Below are positions 9,403-18,531 of a stretch of DNA of 64,000 bases, piece by piece. Source of the stretch: Clostridia bacterium (GTDB taxonomy: Bacteria; Bacillota; Clostridia; UMGS1810). Made by a program: the position numbers and the translations under genes. Numbering within the stretch: position 1 is the stretch's first letter; each line of letters starts with the position of its first letter. The stretch spans positions 32,557-96,556 of the forward strand of contig JAZPZD010000015.1 in the NCBI GenBank assembly GCA_045544515.1, written 5' to 3'. The notes beneath the pieces are model-generated. The model was not told where the DNA came from and did not search any database. It saw only the letters and a list, made by a program, of their open reading frames with translations.

Positions 9403-10410
9403 TTATACTTGAAAACTGTTATAAATCAAGTCTTTGGACTTATTATGCCTACTAACCCCTTGAGTTTTCTCTTCCCAATTAAACCAGTACATATAATTAG
9501 CAAGGTATTTTGTGGCAACACCATATTTTCGTTTCATCCATAATTTCAATTTATTATGTAGTGCATTTATATGGTTTATATGATATATACCTTTTTTATG
9601 CTTACCACTATCAATTTGAACAAGGTCAGCATTAACATTTTTCGCAAATTGAATATATGCTCTATGACTGTCGGTACAGATTGTAGAAGATTGTTCAATA
9701 TTATCTTGATATGTGGCATTTAAAGCCTTTGTTGTTATTCTCCCCATACAAATAGGAACAACAACTAAACCACCATTTCTATCAACAGCAGTCGATACAC
9801 AAGTCTGTTCATGGCTGATACCTCTATAATCTATTTCTTTACCTCTTTTGTGAGATTTTCCACTATTTCTTGGTGCAATCCAATGAGGATTACCTTTCTT
9901 GTGGTTGCCCTTGAAACTTTCAGCAAAAAATGTTTCATCCATTTCAAGTACACCCTTGAGAAAATCCAATCCCATATGTTCTATCAATGCTTTTAATATC
10001 TTATGTCTCATAAAGAATGAGGTTTTCAGGGATATACCTAATGCTATTGCTGTTTCTCTCAAAGTCATTTGTTTACACATACAATCAGCATATCTAATCC
10101 AAGTAGATATTGGTAGTTTTGTATTAGCAAAAACTGTTTTGGTAAGTGCATTAAAAGTTTTACTGCAATCCTTACATAAATATCTTTGTATTCCTCTTAC
10201 TTTACCATTCTTAACAATATGCCTTTTGTTACAATGAGGACAAACCAAACCTTCTGCAAATCTTTTATCTGCGATTTCGTCTGTGGATAATTCTGCACCT
10301 ACTACTTCTATATACTCTGCTAAACTGACTGCTAATTCTGTTAATTCTTGATTTGACAACCTATTTGTCAAATCTTTTACCATGTTTTGAATATTATTTG
10401 TTATACTCAT
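9403..10410 (-). CDS. IS1595-family transposase
   Basis: Zinc ribbon CPHCNKRHIVKNGKVRGIQRYLCKDCSKTF followed by an ISXO2-like DDE core (LEMDETFF...ICTDSHRAY). The start is set at ATG 10410 behind AAGAGGTGG. Confidence 0.9.
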   Translation of the reverse strand: MSITNNIQNMVKDLTNRLSNQELTELAVSLAEYIEVVGAELSTDEIADKRFAEGLVCPHCNKRHIVKNGKVRGIQRYLCKDCSKTFNALTKTVFANTKLPISTWIRYADCMCKQMTLRETAIALGISLKTSFFMRHKILKALIEHMGLDFLKGVLEMDETFFAESFKGNHKKGNPHWIAPRNSGKSHKRGKEIDYRGISHEQTCVSTAVDRNGGLVVVPICMGRITTKALNATYQDNIEQSSTICTDSHRAYIQFAKNVNADLVQIDSGKHKKGIYHINHINALHNKLKLWMKRKYGVATKYLANYMYWFNWEEKTQGVSRHNKSKDLIYNSFQV

Positions 10411-10485
10411 TTTTACCACCTCTTAAGGTAGTAAAATAAACTGAGGTCATTTATGCATACATATGATATTTTTATGTCTATTTTA

Positions 10486-10513
10486 AAAATCAATACAGTG
10501 GGCTAACAGAGCC
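10486..10513. repeat. IS right terminal inverted repeat
   Basis: AAAATCAATACAGTGGGCTAACAGAGCC. Confidence 0.8.
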
Positions 10514-10521
10514 AAAAAATA
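10514..10521. repeat. target-site duplication AAAAAATA (right copy)
   Basis: Identical to 8819-8826. Confidence 0.8.
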
Positions 10522-10540
10522 AAGTTAATATCAAATTTTG

Positions 10541-10573
10541 GAGCACGGCCTTTATGTAGGTCGTGCTCTTTTT
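10541..10573 (+). terminator. rho-independent terminator, presumably the original mscL terminator displaced by the IS
   Basis: Stem GAGCACG...CGTGCTC followed by TTTTT, 20 nt beyond the right target-site duplication. Confidence 0.6.
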
Positions 10574-10743
10574 CCAAATTTTGATACTTGAAAAAATTTT
10601 TTTGATATAGTATTATTAGTTTTGTTGGTTGACATAATCTTTGCAAATGCAACCTCTCTGCTTATTACGGGTAGCACTATACAATCGGAGAGGTCTGCAC
10701 AAAAAAGACTATGCAAACTACTAATACAAAAGGAGGATTTTTA

Positions 10744-13308
10744 GTGTCAAAATTCAAAAGATTTGTTTCATCCGTGGCGACAACAGCTCTTTTATTATCA
10801 TCAGCAGCATCTCTCACTTCGTTTGCGGCACTTTCAAACGATGTTGTAGGAAGTGAATACGAAGAAGCTGCCAAGGTTCTTGGAGCATTTAACATAATGG
10901 TTGGCGACGCAGGTACCGGACTTTTCAGACCTAATGACCCTATAAAGCGTTCCGAAGTAACAAAAGTTGCAGTTGCATTAAAGGGCCTCACCCACGCTGC
11001 AAATGCATCAACTTCTTCCAGATTTCCCGATGTATCAAAGGACCACTGGGCAGCAGGCTTTATCAATGTCGGCAGCTCCGAAGGTCTTATAATCGGTGAC
11101 GACCTCGGAAATTTCCGTCCCGATGATCATATAACTTATGCAGAAGCTACAACCATCCTTGTAAGAGCACTCGGCTATGAGCCTCAGGCACAGGCAAAGG
11201 GCGGCTTTCCTACAGGATATCTTCTCACAGGTAACTCCACAGGTCTTACCTCGGGTGTTACAGTTGCTGCTATGAGAAGTTCCAAAGAGATGACAAGAGG
11301 AGCAGTTGCTCTTATGGCATACAACTCTCTTAACATCAATCTTATGGAACAGACAGGCTTTGGCGACAATGCCAAATACGAAATCGTTGACGATACCCTT
11401 CTTACAGGCAACCTCGATGCAAAGCTCATCTCCGGCAGAGTAACAGCAGTCGGAACATCTGCCCTCAAGGGCTTGGGTGTCGAAAGAGGCAAAATCGAAA
11501 TCGACGGCAAGACCTATGACATAGCAGCAGCCGATGTAAGAAATGTACTGGGTATGTATGTAGATGCCTACATTGTAGACAAATCCTCTTCCAGAGACCA
11601 CAACTCCGTAAAAGCCGTAGTTGCATCTCCCGGAAGAAACGATATCACAACCATATTGGCAGATGACATCAACTCTATAACAGATGGCTCATCTTCCAAG
11701 GTGATAACCTACTACAAAAACGGCAAAAAGGTAAAAGTAACCATTCCCAATGACAGTCTTGTTGTATACAACGGAAAGTCTGCATCATTTGACGAGTTAA
11801 AGAAAATAGACTCCGGTTCTGTTATGATATTGGACATCTCCAAAAGCGAAAAAGTCGTCTTTGTAAACGAAACACAGAACTATGTTGTAGACGAAATAAG
11901 CTCCAAATCCAACAAGGTCATAGATAAGTACGGCAAATCCCCCCTTACTTTGGACCCCGAGGACGAGAGCGTAACCTATGTAATCGAAAAGGACAACAAG
12001 AGTATAGAAGCAAAGGACTTAAAAGAGTGGGATGTAATAACCCTTACTATGAGTGCTGACAAGAGCATAATATACGGTGTTGTAATCGAAAGCAAGGTAG
12101 AGGGCATAGTCTCCGAAAAGAACTCCGACGGTGTTACAATCGGCGATAAAACTTACAAAATAGCCAAAAACTACCCCGACGAAATATCCCTTGGCGATGA
12201 GGGTGTATTCTATCTCGACCAGGAGGGCAAGATTGCAGCATTCCAGGAAAAAGATGCTACCGAAAAAGACTACGCATATATCACCAATATCGGTGTAACT
12301 ACAGGTTTTAACAGCAAACTGGAAATAGAAATGCTTACCTTGGACGGCGAAACCAAAAAGTACGACGCCGCATCCAAAATCAAGGTAAACGGCAAGACCT
12401 ATTCAGAACCTTCCAAAGCACTTGATGCCATAGGCGGCAAGGGTCAGCTTGTAACAGCAGAAATTAATGCTGACGGCGAGGTTTCCAAGATAGAAAAAAG
12501 CATATCCTCCGAAGAAATAGACGAGGACAGATTTGTACTCAACTTCTCCGAGGATGATGTGGAATTCACTTCAAAAACAAGCAAGCTCCTTGCAAAGAAA
12601 ATGAATATAAGAGTAGGTGCAAACACAATAGTATTTGATATTCCTGCATCTGCCAAGGACAGCAGCGAATACTCCGTAGCTGACAAGAGCTTCTTTGCAG
12701 ACGGCGAAAAATACAATATTTCTGTGTACGATGTTACAGATGAGCTCACCGCAGGTGTAATCATTGTGACCAACTCCGAAAACAAAGCAAGCGAAGAATC
12801 CGCAGCCGTTGTGGTAGAGAAAATAACCAAATCCAAAGACGAAAGCGGCGATACCATAGAAAAGCTCTATGGCTACAGTAATGGCGAAAGAGTAAGCTTT
12901 ACCTCCGACAAGGATATATTCCGCAAAGGTAGCCTTAACCTTGAAAAAGGCGACATCATTCAGGTAAAAGCTGATGCCAAAGGCAATGCAAAAGCTATAA
13001 GAGTGCTCTTTGACATCGACAAAACGGACAAGGAATTTACAAACGAAATTTCCAAAGATCTCTCCACTCACTACGGAAGAGTTACCAAGAAATTTGCAAA
13101 TTCCTTTAACCTCCAGATAAACGATTCTGCCAATGTAAACCACGAAATCGGAAATGCCAAGGTTTATGTTGTAGATACCGAAAAGAATTCCAACTCCATA
13201 ACTGTTGGTGATGCATCAGATATACAAAAGTATGATGACTCCAAACCCGAAAGAGTATTTGTAAGAGTATACAAGGGCGAAGTTATGGATATTGCAGTGA
13301 TAAGATAA
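10744..13308 (+). CDS. SLH-domain cell-surface (S-layer-type) protein
   Basis: GTG start behind AAAGGAGG, a signal peptide, then three SLH repeats (FRPNDPIKRSEVTKVAV / FPDVSKDHWAAGFI / FRPDDHITYAEATTILVRALG) and a long Ser/Thr/Lys-rich body. Confidence 0.85.
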   Translation: MSKFKRFVSSVATTALLLSSAASLTSFAALSNDVVGSEYEEAAKVLGAFNIMVGDAGTGLFRPNDPIKRSEVTKVAVALKGLTHAANASTSSRFPDVSKDHWAAGFINVGSSEGLIIGDDLGNFRPDDHITYAEATTILVRALGYEPQAQAKGGFPTGYLLTGNSTGLTSGVTVAAMRSSKEMTRGAVALMAYNSLNINLMEQTGFGDNAKYEIVDDTLLTGNLDAKLISGRVTAVGTSALKGLGVERGKIEIDGKTYDIAAADVRNVLGMYVDAYIVDKSSSRDHNSVKAVVASPGRNDITTILADDINSITDGSSSKVITYYKNGKKVKVTIPNDSLVVYNGKSASFDELKKIDSGSVMILDISKSEKVVFVNETQNYVVDEISSKSNKVIDKYGKSPLTLDPEDESVTYVIEKDNKSIEAKDLKEWDVITLTMSADKSIIYGVVIESKVEGIVSEKNSDGVTIGDKTYKIAKNYPDEISLGDEGVFYLDQEGKIAAFQEKDATEKDYAYITNIGVTTGFNSKLEIEMLTLDGETKKYDAASKIKVNGKTYSEPSKALDAIGGKGQLVTAEINADGEVSKIEKSISSEEIDEDRFVLNFSEDDVEFTSKTSKLLAKKMNIRVGANTIVFDIPASAKDSSEYSVADKSFFADGEKYNISVYDVTDELTAGVIIVTNSENKASEESAAVVVEKITKSKDESGDTIEKLYGYSNGERVSFTSDKDIFRKGSLNLEKGDIIQVKADAKGNAKAIRVLFDIDKTDKEFTNEISKDLSTHYGRVTKKFANSFNLQINDSANVNHEIGNAKVYVVDTEKNSNSITVGDASDIQKYDDSKPERVFVRVYKGEVMDIAVIR

Positions 13309-13350
13309 ACCTTATAAAATTATTATATTACCTCCAATAAATATATCAAA

Positions 13351-13388
13351 GGGGCTGTAAAAAATTCGCTTGAATTTTTTACAGCCCC
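13351..13388. terminator. palindromic terminator (CTGTAAAAAAT...ATTTTTTACAG family)
   Basis: GGGGCTGTAAAAAATTCGCTTGAATTTTTTACAGCCCC. Confidence 0.7.
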
Positions 13389-13434
13389 TTGAGTTTTTAG
13401 GGACAGAAAAAATATCTGATTTATAACTTGCAAC

Positions 13435-14127
13435 CTATGCTTGTTTGTTTTTTAATTCTGCATAAAATTCTGCATTTGCAGCATTCACATAAGGAATAAG
13501 GAATAATGTTCCTATACCAAGTGTCAAAACACAAAGAACAAACCATCCGATAAATGAGAATTCTAGCTTAAAGAGTCTCCACTTATTACCCTTCATCATC
13601 TGCTTTGCCTTTTTAAATACATCCTTTGAAGAAATTTCAGCATCATCAGCAAGTATGTAAGGAATGATAGCATATTCATAAGTTTTTATAATTCCGGGAA
13701 TTATAAACAAAATGCTCCATAAAACCACTTTGATACCGGTAATAAATAGTGTGCCGATGTTTCTTCCGTACTTAACTTTGAAACCTGAAAAAGCATCTTT
13801 AAACGAAGGCTTGGAATATGTGTTTTTGATAAAGTAATTGCTAACGCCTACTGTTATTGCGTTTGCCACAAAAATGCCGAACAAAGAGCCGATAATTGCT
13901 GAAAACATCACAACACAGTTAAGAACCAAAGCACCTATTGCCATAGTAGAATCCAATTCATCGGGATTTACCAGACCTAAAACCTCGCCCAGATTCTGTG
14001 CAAACGATACGAAAGAGTTACCGATTGAACCAATAAGTCCGGTAACGAGGATGACAGCAAACGCCATCCAATACTTGCCTTTAAGCGATTCCCATGCTTT
14101 TGCTCTTAATTCTTTTGATTTCAACAT
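13435..14127 (-). CDS. DUF975-family integral membrane protein
   Basis: MLKSKELRAKAWESLKGKYWMAF... and multiple TM helices, the typical DUF975 N-terminus. Confidence 0.65.
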   Translation of the reverse strand: MLKSKELRAKAWESLKGKYWMAFAVILVTGLIGSIGNSFVSFAQNLGEVLGLVNPDELDSTMAIGALVLNCVVMFSAIIGSLFGIFVANAITVGVSNYFIKNTYSKPSFKDAFSGFKVKYGRNIGTLFITGIKVVLWSILFIIPGIIKTYEYAIIPYILADDAEISSKDVFKKAKQMMKGNKWRLFKLEFSFIGWFVLCVLTLGIGTLFLIPYVNAANAEFYAELKNKQA

Positions 14128-14247
14128 ACAAAAATCCTCCTTAGTTAAATTTTGTTATTTTAATGCTATGCATTACAAACTTTAGCTATAACAATTGCAA
14201 AAACAGTACTGATTATTTTCCACTTTTCATACAGACTCTCTCGCTTG

Positions 14248-16269
14248 TTACGGAATATAAACCTTGCTCATATTCACGATAGCTCCGTTTTTGATTACGA
14301 TAGTTGTGTTGTGTGGGGTAAATCTATATTCAATCCCTGAATCGTCTGCAATAAAATCTTTAAAAGAATAGTATTTCGGCTTTGCATCAAGGTCTGACTT
14401 GTCAATATATTCAAATTCTTCGGAAACAGGAAGTGTCAGCTTGCCTACTTCGTAGTATGCTTTTGCATCACTCATTCCTGTTTCGTAATATACGCTGCTA
14501 TCATTTGAAACCAAATCAAATCCACCGTTTTCTTCGCCACCATTGATTCGTACAAGTCCGCTTTCAAGACGCTCAATCTGTGTAACCTTTATTTCTTCAT
14601 TTTTGCGAACAATCACATCATTTTCTTTAAGAAATGCAATATTTCCCGCATCGTAAATCTCATAGGAATAAACGCTTACATCCATCACCGTTTTTCCGCT
14701 TTCATCGAGATACGCACCACCCTTTTCGAGAGAAACCGAGACTTTGCAATTATCAAGATTATTTATATAAAAATCATCCGTCATAGGATATACAACTGTT
14801 GCCTCTTGTTCTGCTCTTACATTTTCTTCTATTAAAAACATACCGTCATCTTCAGTAATAAGTGTCAGCATATTGTTTTTATCAACATAAAAACTTGATA
14901 TATATATTTGTGTTGCGGTTTCAATATCTTCACCCTTTTTCACATGGGCTAAAATCAAACCTGCATTACCTTTTTTAATGCCTTTTACGGTAACCTTGTG
15001 CAAGCCTACAGGATAATACTCAGAATAAATTTCTTCAGGCGGATAATCTGTGTTTTCTTCTGTAATTACGAGTTTGTCGTCTGCATAAGCAAAAACCCGC
15101 CATTCATATCCATCGTAATATTCATATTCAAATACATGTTCAGTTTCGCAGTTATACCTCATATCTACACTAAAAACTTGCGGCTCATACGGAATTTCCA
15201 CGCTTATTACACCAAGTGCAAAAGGTGCAAGTTCTCCCTGATTGAAATATAGCACCACAGAATTTTTGGTGAGATAAAACTGAACATAGCCAAGATATTC
15301 ATTCACATAATCATAGGTATAGATATCTGCAGATTCGGGAGCTATCTCTTTTAATTTGTCAACAAATAAATTTGTTACATATTGGCTCAAAGAAACATCA
15401 AGCATTATTTCGTCAATCACATCTGAAATTGACATTTCAGGTTCATAACTTGTACAAAATGTTCTTGATTCCATCGTTTTTGTTGGGTGCACCCCGCCAA
15501 CATTTATGTATTTGTGATTGATAAATGAGAGATATCCCCAAACTCTGTAAGTTTGTTCAAAAGTAAGTTCAAAAACAAAAGGTGTAAACGCATCTCCCAT
15601 TTCTTTTCTAAGGTTAAGTGCATCTTCCTTCCTGGCTCTTGCTTCTTCCATAAACTTATCTGCATCCCACTCATAATCAAAATTGATTAAATCAAAGCAA
15701 GGGTTCTTATAAGGGTTTTCTATGACAGGATAGTATGCAACTGCTTCTATTAAAACATTGCCGTCATCATCGGTTATGGTTTCTTCGATTTTTTCTGCAG
15801 AAACAGTGTAAGCATTCGCCGGTGAGTAAATGTGAATTGTTTTGGTGTCGCCGTACCAATGAACCTCACACTCAAAGGCTTCTGATATTGCTCTTAAAGG
15901 AACCAAGGTTCTGCTATCCTTAATTTTTGCAGGAACATCAAGTGCTTTTTCTTCGCCATTAAAATACATTTTGTTTTCACCGATTGTAAGAAGCAAATTA
16001 TCATTTGCTCTGCGTGCCAAAACAATCTGTTTTCCATCTTTGGCAGAATAATAAACTGCACAGCCCATGGTTTCAAAAATAGCCCTCATCGGAACCAAGG
16101 TTCTGCCGTTTTCGATTTCCGGCTCTACATCAAAATTTATAATCTTATCATTGTAGAAAACATCTATTTTGTCTTTTTCACCAGACAATTCATCTGCCGC
16201 AAACGCCGTAAACGACGGCAAGCAAATAACAAACGCGATAAATAAACTTAAAAGCCTTTTAGTTTTCAT
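14248..16269 (-). CDS. secreted protein with a copper-amine-oxidase-N-like 'stalk' domain and a DUF3298/RsiV-like domain
   Basis: Start at MKTKRLLSLFIAFVICLPSFTAFA (GGGAGG RBS). The repeated motif GRTLVPMRAIFE / SRTLVPLRAISEAF is followed by ...INVGGVHPTK... Confidence 0.65.
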   Translation of the reverse strand: MKTKRLLSLFIAFVICLPSFTAFAADELSGEKDKIDVFYNDKIINFDVEPEIENGRTLVPMRAIFETMGCAVYYSAKDGKQIVLARRANDNLLLTIGENKMYFNGEEKALDVPAKIKDSRTLVPLRAISEAFECEVHWYGDTKTIHIYSPANAYTVSAEKIEETITDDDGNVLIEAVAYYPVIENPYKNPCFDLINFDYEWDADKFMEEARARKEDALNLRKEMGDAFTPFVFELTFEQTYRVWGYLSFINHKYINVGGVHPTKTMESRTFCTSYEPEMSISDVIDEIMLDVSLSQYVTNLFVDKLKEIAPESADIYTYDYVNEYLGYVQFYLTKNSVVLYFNQGELAPFALGVISVEIPYEPQVFSVDMRYNCETEHVFEYEYYDGYEWRVFAYADDKLVITEENTDYPPEEIYSEYYPVGLHKVTVKGIKKGNAGLILAHVKKGEDIETATQIYISSFYVDKNNMLTLITEDDGMFLIEENVRAEQEATVVYPMTDDFYINNLDNCKVSVSLEKGGAYLDESGKTVMDVSVYSYEIYDAGNIAFLKENDVIVRKNEEIKVTQIERLESGLVRINGGEENGGFDLVSNDSSVYYETGMSDAKAYYEVGKLTLPVSEEFEYIDKSDLDAKPKYYSFKDFIADDSGIEYRFTPHNTTIVIKNGAIVNMSKVYIP

Positions 16270-16491
16270 TTGAATACCTCCCAAATACTTTTTAACCTGT
16301 GCAATTCTTGTCTGATTATGCCACACATATTAAGTGATAAATATATAATATAAAAACCAGTATGACAAACCTATGACAAAGTTTTTTTGCAAAACAAAAT
16401 ACAATACCCGTATGCATTTATAATTTATATACTCAAAAATATAAATCAGACAAGTATTGCATTTCACTTTACAATTGAGGCTTTCTGAACT

Positions 16492-16845
16492 TTATTTAGC
16501 TTTTGGTTTGGAACACACCGCACATATAAATCCAAACACAATAGCCGCCGCTATCCCTGTGCCTGTCCCCGACACACCGCCGCCCAGAACTCCAAGCCAG
16601 CCCTTTTGGTCAACCATCTTTGCCGCACCCTTTGCCAAAGAATAGCCAAAGCCTATGATGGGAACGGTGGCCCCCGCACCTGCAAACTTGACAATAGGTT
16701 CGTATACGCCGATTGCAGTCAAAATTACGCCTGCTACCACATAGCCCACCATTATCCTTGCAGGACTGACCTTGGTTTTGTCTATGAGTATCTGTGCAAT
16801 CATACACAAGATGCCCCCTACCAGAAAAGCATACAAAAATTTCAT
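16492..16845 (-). CDS. spoVAE: stage V sporulation protein AE
   Basis: MKFLYAFLVGGILCMIAQILID...GAGATVPIIGFGYSLAKG, last gene of the spoVAC-AD-AE order. Confidence 0.85.
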   Translation of the reverse strand: MKFLYAFLVGGILCMIAQILIDKTKVSPARIMVGYVVAGVILTAIGVYEPIVKFAGAGATVPIIGFGYSLAKGAAKMVDQKGWLGVLGGGVSGTGTGIAAAIVFGFICAVCSKPKAK

Positions 16846-16846
16846 C

Positions 16847-17872
16847 TCAACCCTCCGAAAAATCCTCATAACTAAGCCCAACTGCGTGTGCAATGCCTAC
16901 AACTGTTTCGCCAAGCTGATATGTCGTAGGGCTCATAAGAGCACCCGTGCACACAAGGAGCATTCTGCCTATGTTTGCCTGTTGCAGTTTTTTGCAAAAA
17001 TATCCACAAAACACACTCGCAGAGCAACCGCAACCGCTTCCGCCCGAATTGGTATTCTGCCTTTCGGGGTCAAATATCATAGACCCGCAGTCCTTGTGAA
17101 TTGCCGAAATATCCACATTTTCTTTTTGCAAAAGCTCAATTAACAGGGTACTTCCTACAATGCCCAAATCGCCGGTTACTATGCAGTCATAATGATTTAT
17201 ATCATATCCCGTATCTTTGAAATGAGCCAGTATGCAGTCTGCTGCGGCAGGTGCCATTGCCGCACCCATATTTGAGCTGTCGGTAACTCCGAAATCCACC
17301 ATTTTTCCTGTGGTTATGCTGTCTACGCATATATGAGATTTTTCGTCTGTAAGAATCAGAGCACCGCTACCTGTAACTGTCCACTGGGCTGACGGAGTAC
17401 GCACTCCGCCGTATTCCAGCGGAAATCGGTATTGCTTTTCGCTCGAGCAAAAGTGGCTTGATGTTGCGGCAAGGACATTTTTGCCGTAGCCTGCATCAAC
17501 CATAACCGAACCGAGCGACATAGACTCCGCCATTGTGGAACAGGCACCATACAGACCGTAATACGCAATCCCCATATCTTTAAGAGCAAAAGAGCTTGCT
17601 GTACATTGATTTAACAAATCACCCGAAAAGGCATAGTCTACTTCGTCAGGGGTAAGAGATGCCCTGGCAAAGACACCTGTTACAGTGTTTTTTAATATAT
17701 TATTTTCTGCCTGTTCCCAGTTTTTTGCCTCAATGTATTCATCATTGTAAACAACATCAAAGTATTTACCAAGCGGGCCCTCGCCCTCAAGCTTGCCTAC
17801 TGATGAATAAAAATTCTTTACATACACGCTTTTATCAAATAAGACAGTCTGTTTTCCTTTTTTAACACCCAT
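16847..17872 (-). CDS. spoVAD: stage V sporulation protein AD (thiolase-like)
   Basis: MGVKKGKQTVLFDK...YYGLYGACST...GGSGCGCSA pattern. Confidence 0.9.
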   Translation of the reverse strand: MGVKKGKQTVLFDKSVYVKNFYSSVGKLEGEGPLGKYFDVVYNDEYIEAKNWEQAENNILKNTVTGVFARASLTPDEVDYAFSGDLLNQCTASSFALKDMGIAYYGLYGACSTMAESMSLGSVMVDAGYGKNVLAATSSHFCSSEKQYRFPLEYGGVRTPSAQWTVTGSGALILTDEKSHICVDSITTGKMVDFGVTDSSNMGAAMAPAAADCILAHFKDTGYDINHYDCIVTGDLGIVGSTLLIELLQKENVDISAIHKDCGSMIFDPERQNTNSGGSGCGCSASVFCGYFCKKLQQANIGRMLLVCTGALMSPTTYQLGETVVGIAHAVGLSYEDFSEG

Positions 17873-17873
17873 A

Positions 17874-18317
17874 TCACATTCCTCCAAAAAGCTTGTAGAT
17901 AAACGCATATATGACCGAGGCGGTTATACCGTATACCAAGACAGGTCCGGCTATTATAAACATCTTTGAGCCTACGCCGGGCACAAGGCCCTCGGTTCTG
18001 TATTCCATAGCGGGCGACACAATGCTGTTTGCAAATCCCGTAATGGGCACAAGTGTCCCCGCCTTGCCGATATTGGCAATCTTGTCGTACACGCCAAATG
18101 CCGTAAGAAGAGCCCCCACCAATATCAAGGTGGCACTTGTAAGTGCAGAGGCATCTGTCTTTTTGATATCGAGCGCTAGGTACCCCTCCAGAATAACCTG
18201 TCCTATAACGCAGATAAGACCGCCTACAACAAACGCCTTTAAAGCGTCTTTAAAGGTTTCGGAATTAGGTGTTGCCTTTTTGACCATACGGTCATATTCT
18301 TTGTTTGAAATATTCAT
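17874..18317 (-). CDS. spoVAC: stage V sporulation protein AC
   Basis: MNISNKEYDRMVKKATPNSETFKDALKAFVVGGLICVIGQ... Confidence 0.9.
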   Translation of the reverse strand: MNISNKEYDRMVKKATPNSETFKDALKAFVVGGLICVIGQVILEGYLALDIKKTDASALTSATLILVGALLTAFGVYDKIANIGKAGTLVPITGFANSIVSPAMEYRTEGLVPGVGSKMFIIAGPVLVYGITASVIYAFIYKLFGGM

Positions 18318-18441
18318 TTTCTATCCCCTTTACCATTGTTCCGTTATCAGCTTTTCCCGAATTGGAAAAGTTCGTCTTTATATACAAAATCAGTGCCGCC
18401 GCCACAAGGACTATTGCAACGAGTATGAATATCTTTTTCAT
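18292..18441 (-). CDS. possible 49-aa single-TM micro-protein upstream of spoVAC
   Basis: Below the ORF-track size cutoff. AAGGAGG lies 6 nt before ATG 18441. Translation is MKKIFILVAIVLVAAALILYIKTNFSNSGKADNGTMVKGIENEYFKQRI. It overlaps the spoVAC start by 26 nt in another frame. Confidence 0.3.
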   Translation of the reverse strand: MKKIFILVAIVLVAAALILYIKTNFSNSGKADNGTMVKGIENEYFKQRI

Positions 18442-18531
18442 AAAAAGCCTCCTTGTGTACATATTATTTTCTACGAATACAAATTTTATTAAAAAAAGAT
18501 GTAACCAAATATGATTACATCTTTTAAAAAA

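Larger units (their letters stand above)
8827..10513 (-). mobile_element. IS1595-family insertion sequence (1687 bp) carrying a passenger gene
   Basis: Imperfect terminal inverted repeats GGCTCTGTT...TGTATTGATTTT at both ends, 8-bp direct repeats outside them, a zinc-ribbon + ISXO2-like DDE transposase inside, and visibly lower GC than the flanks. Confidence 0.85.
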
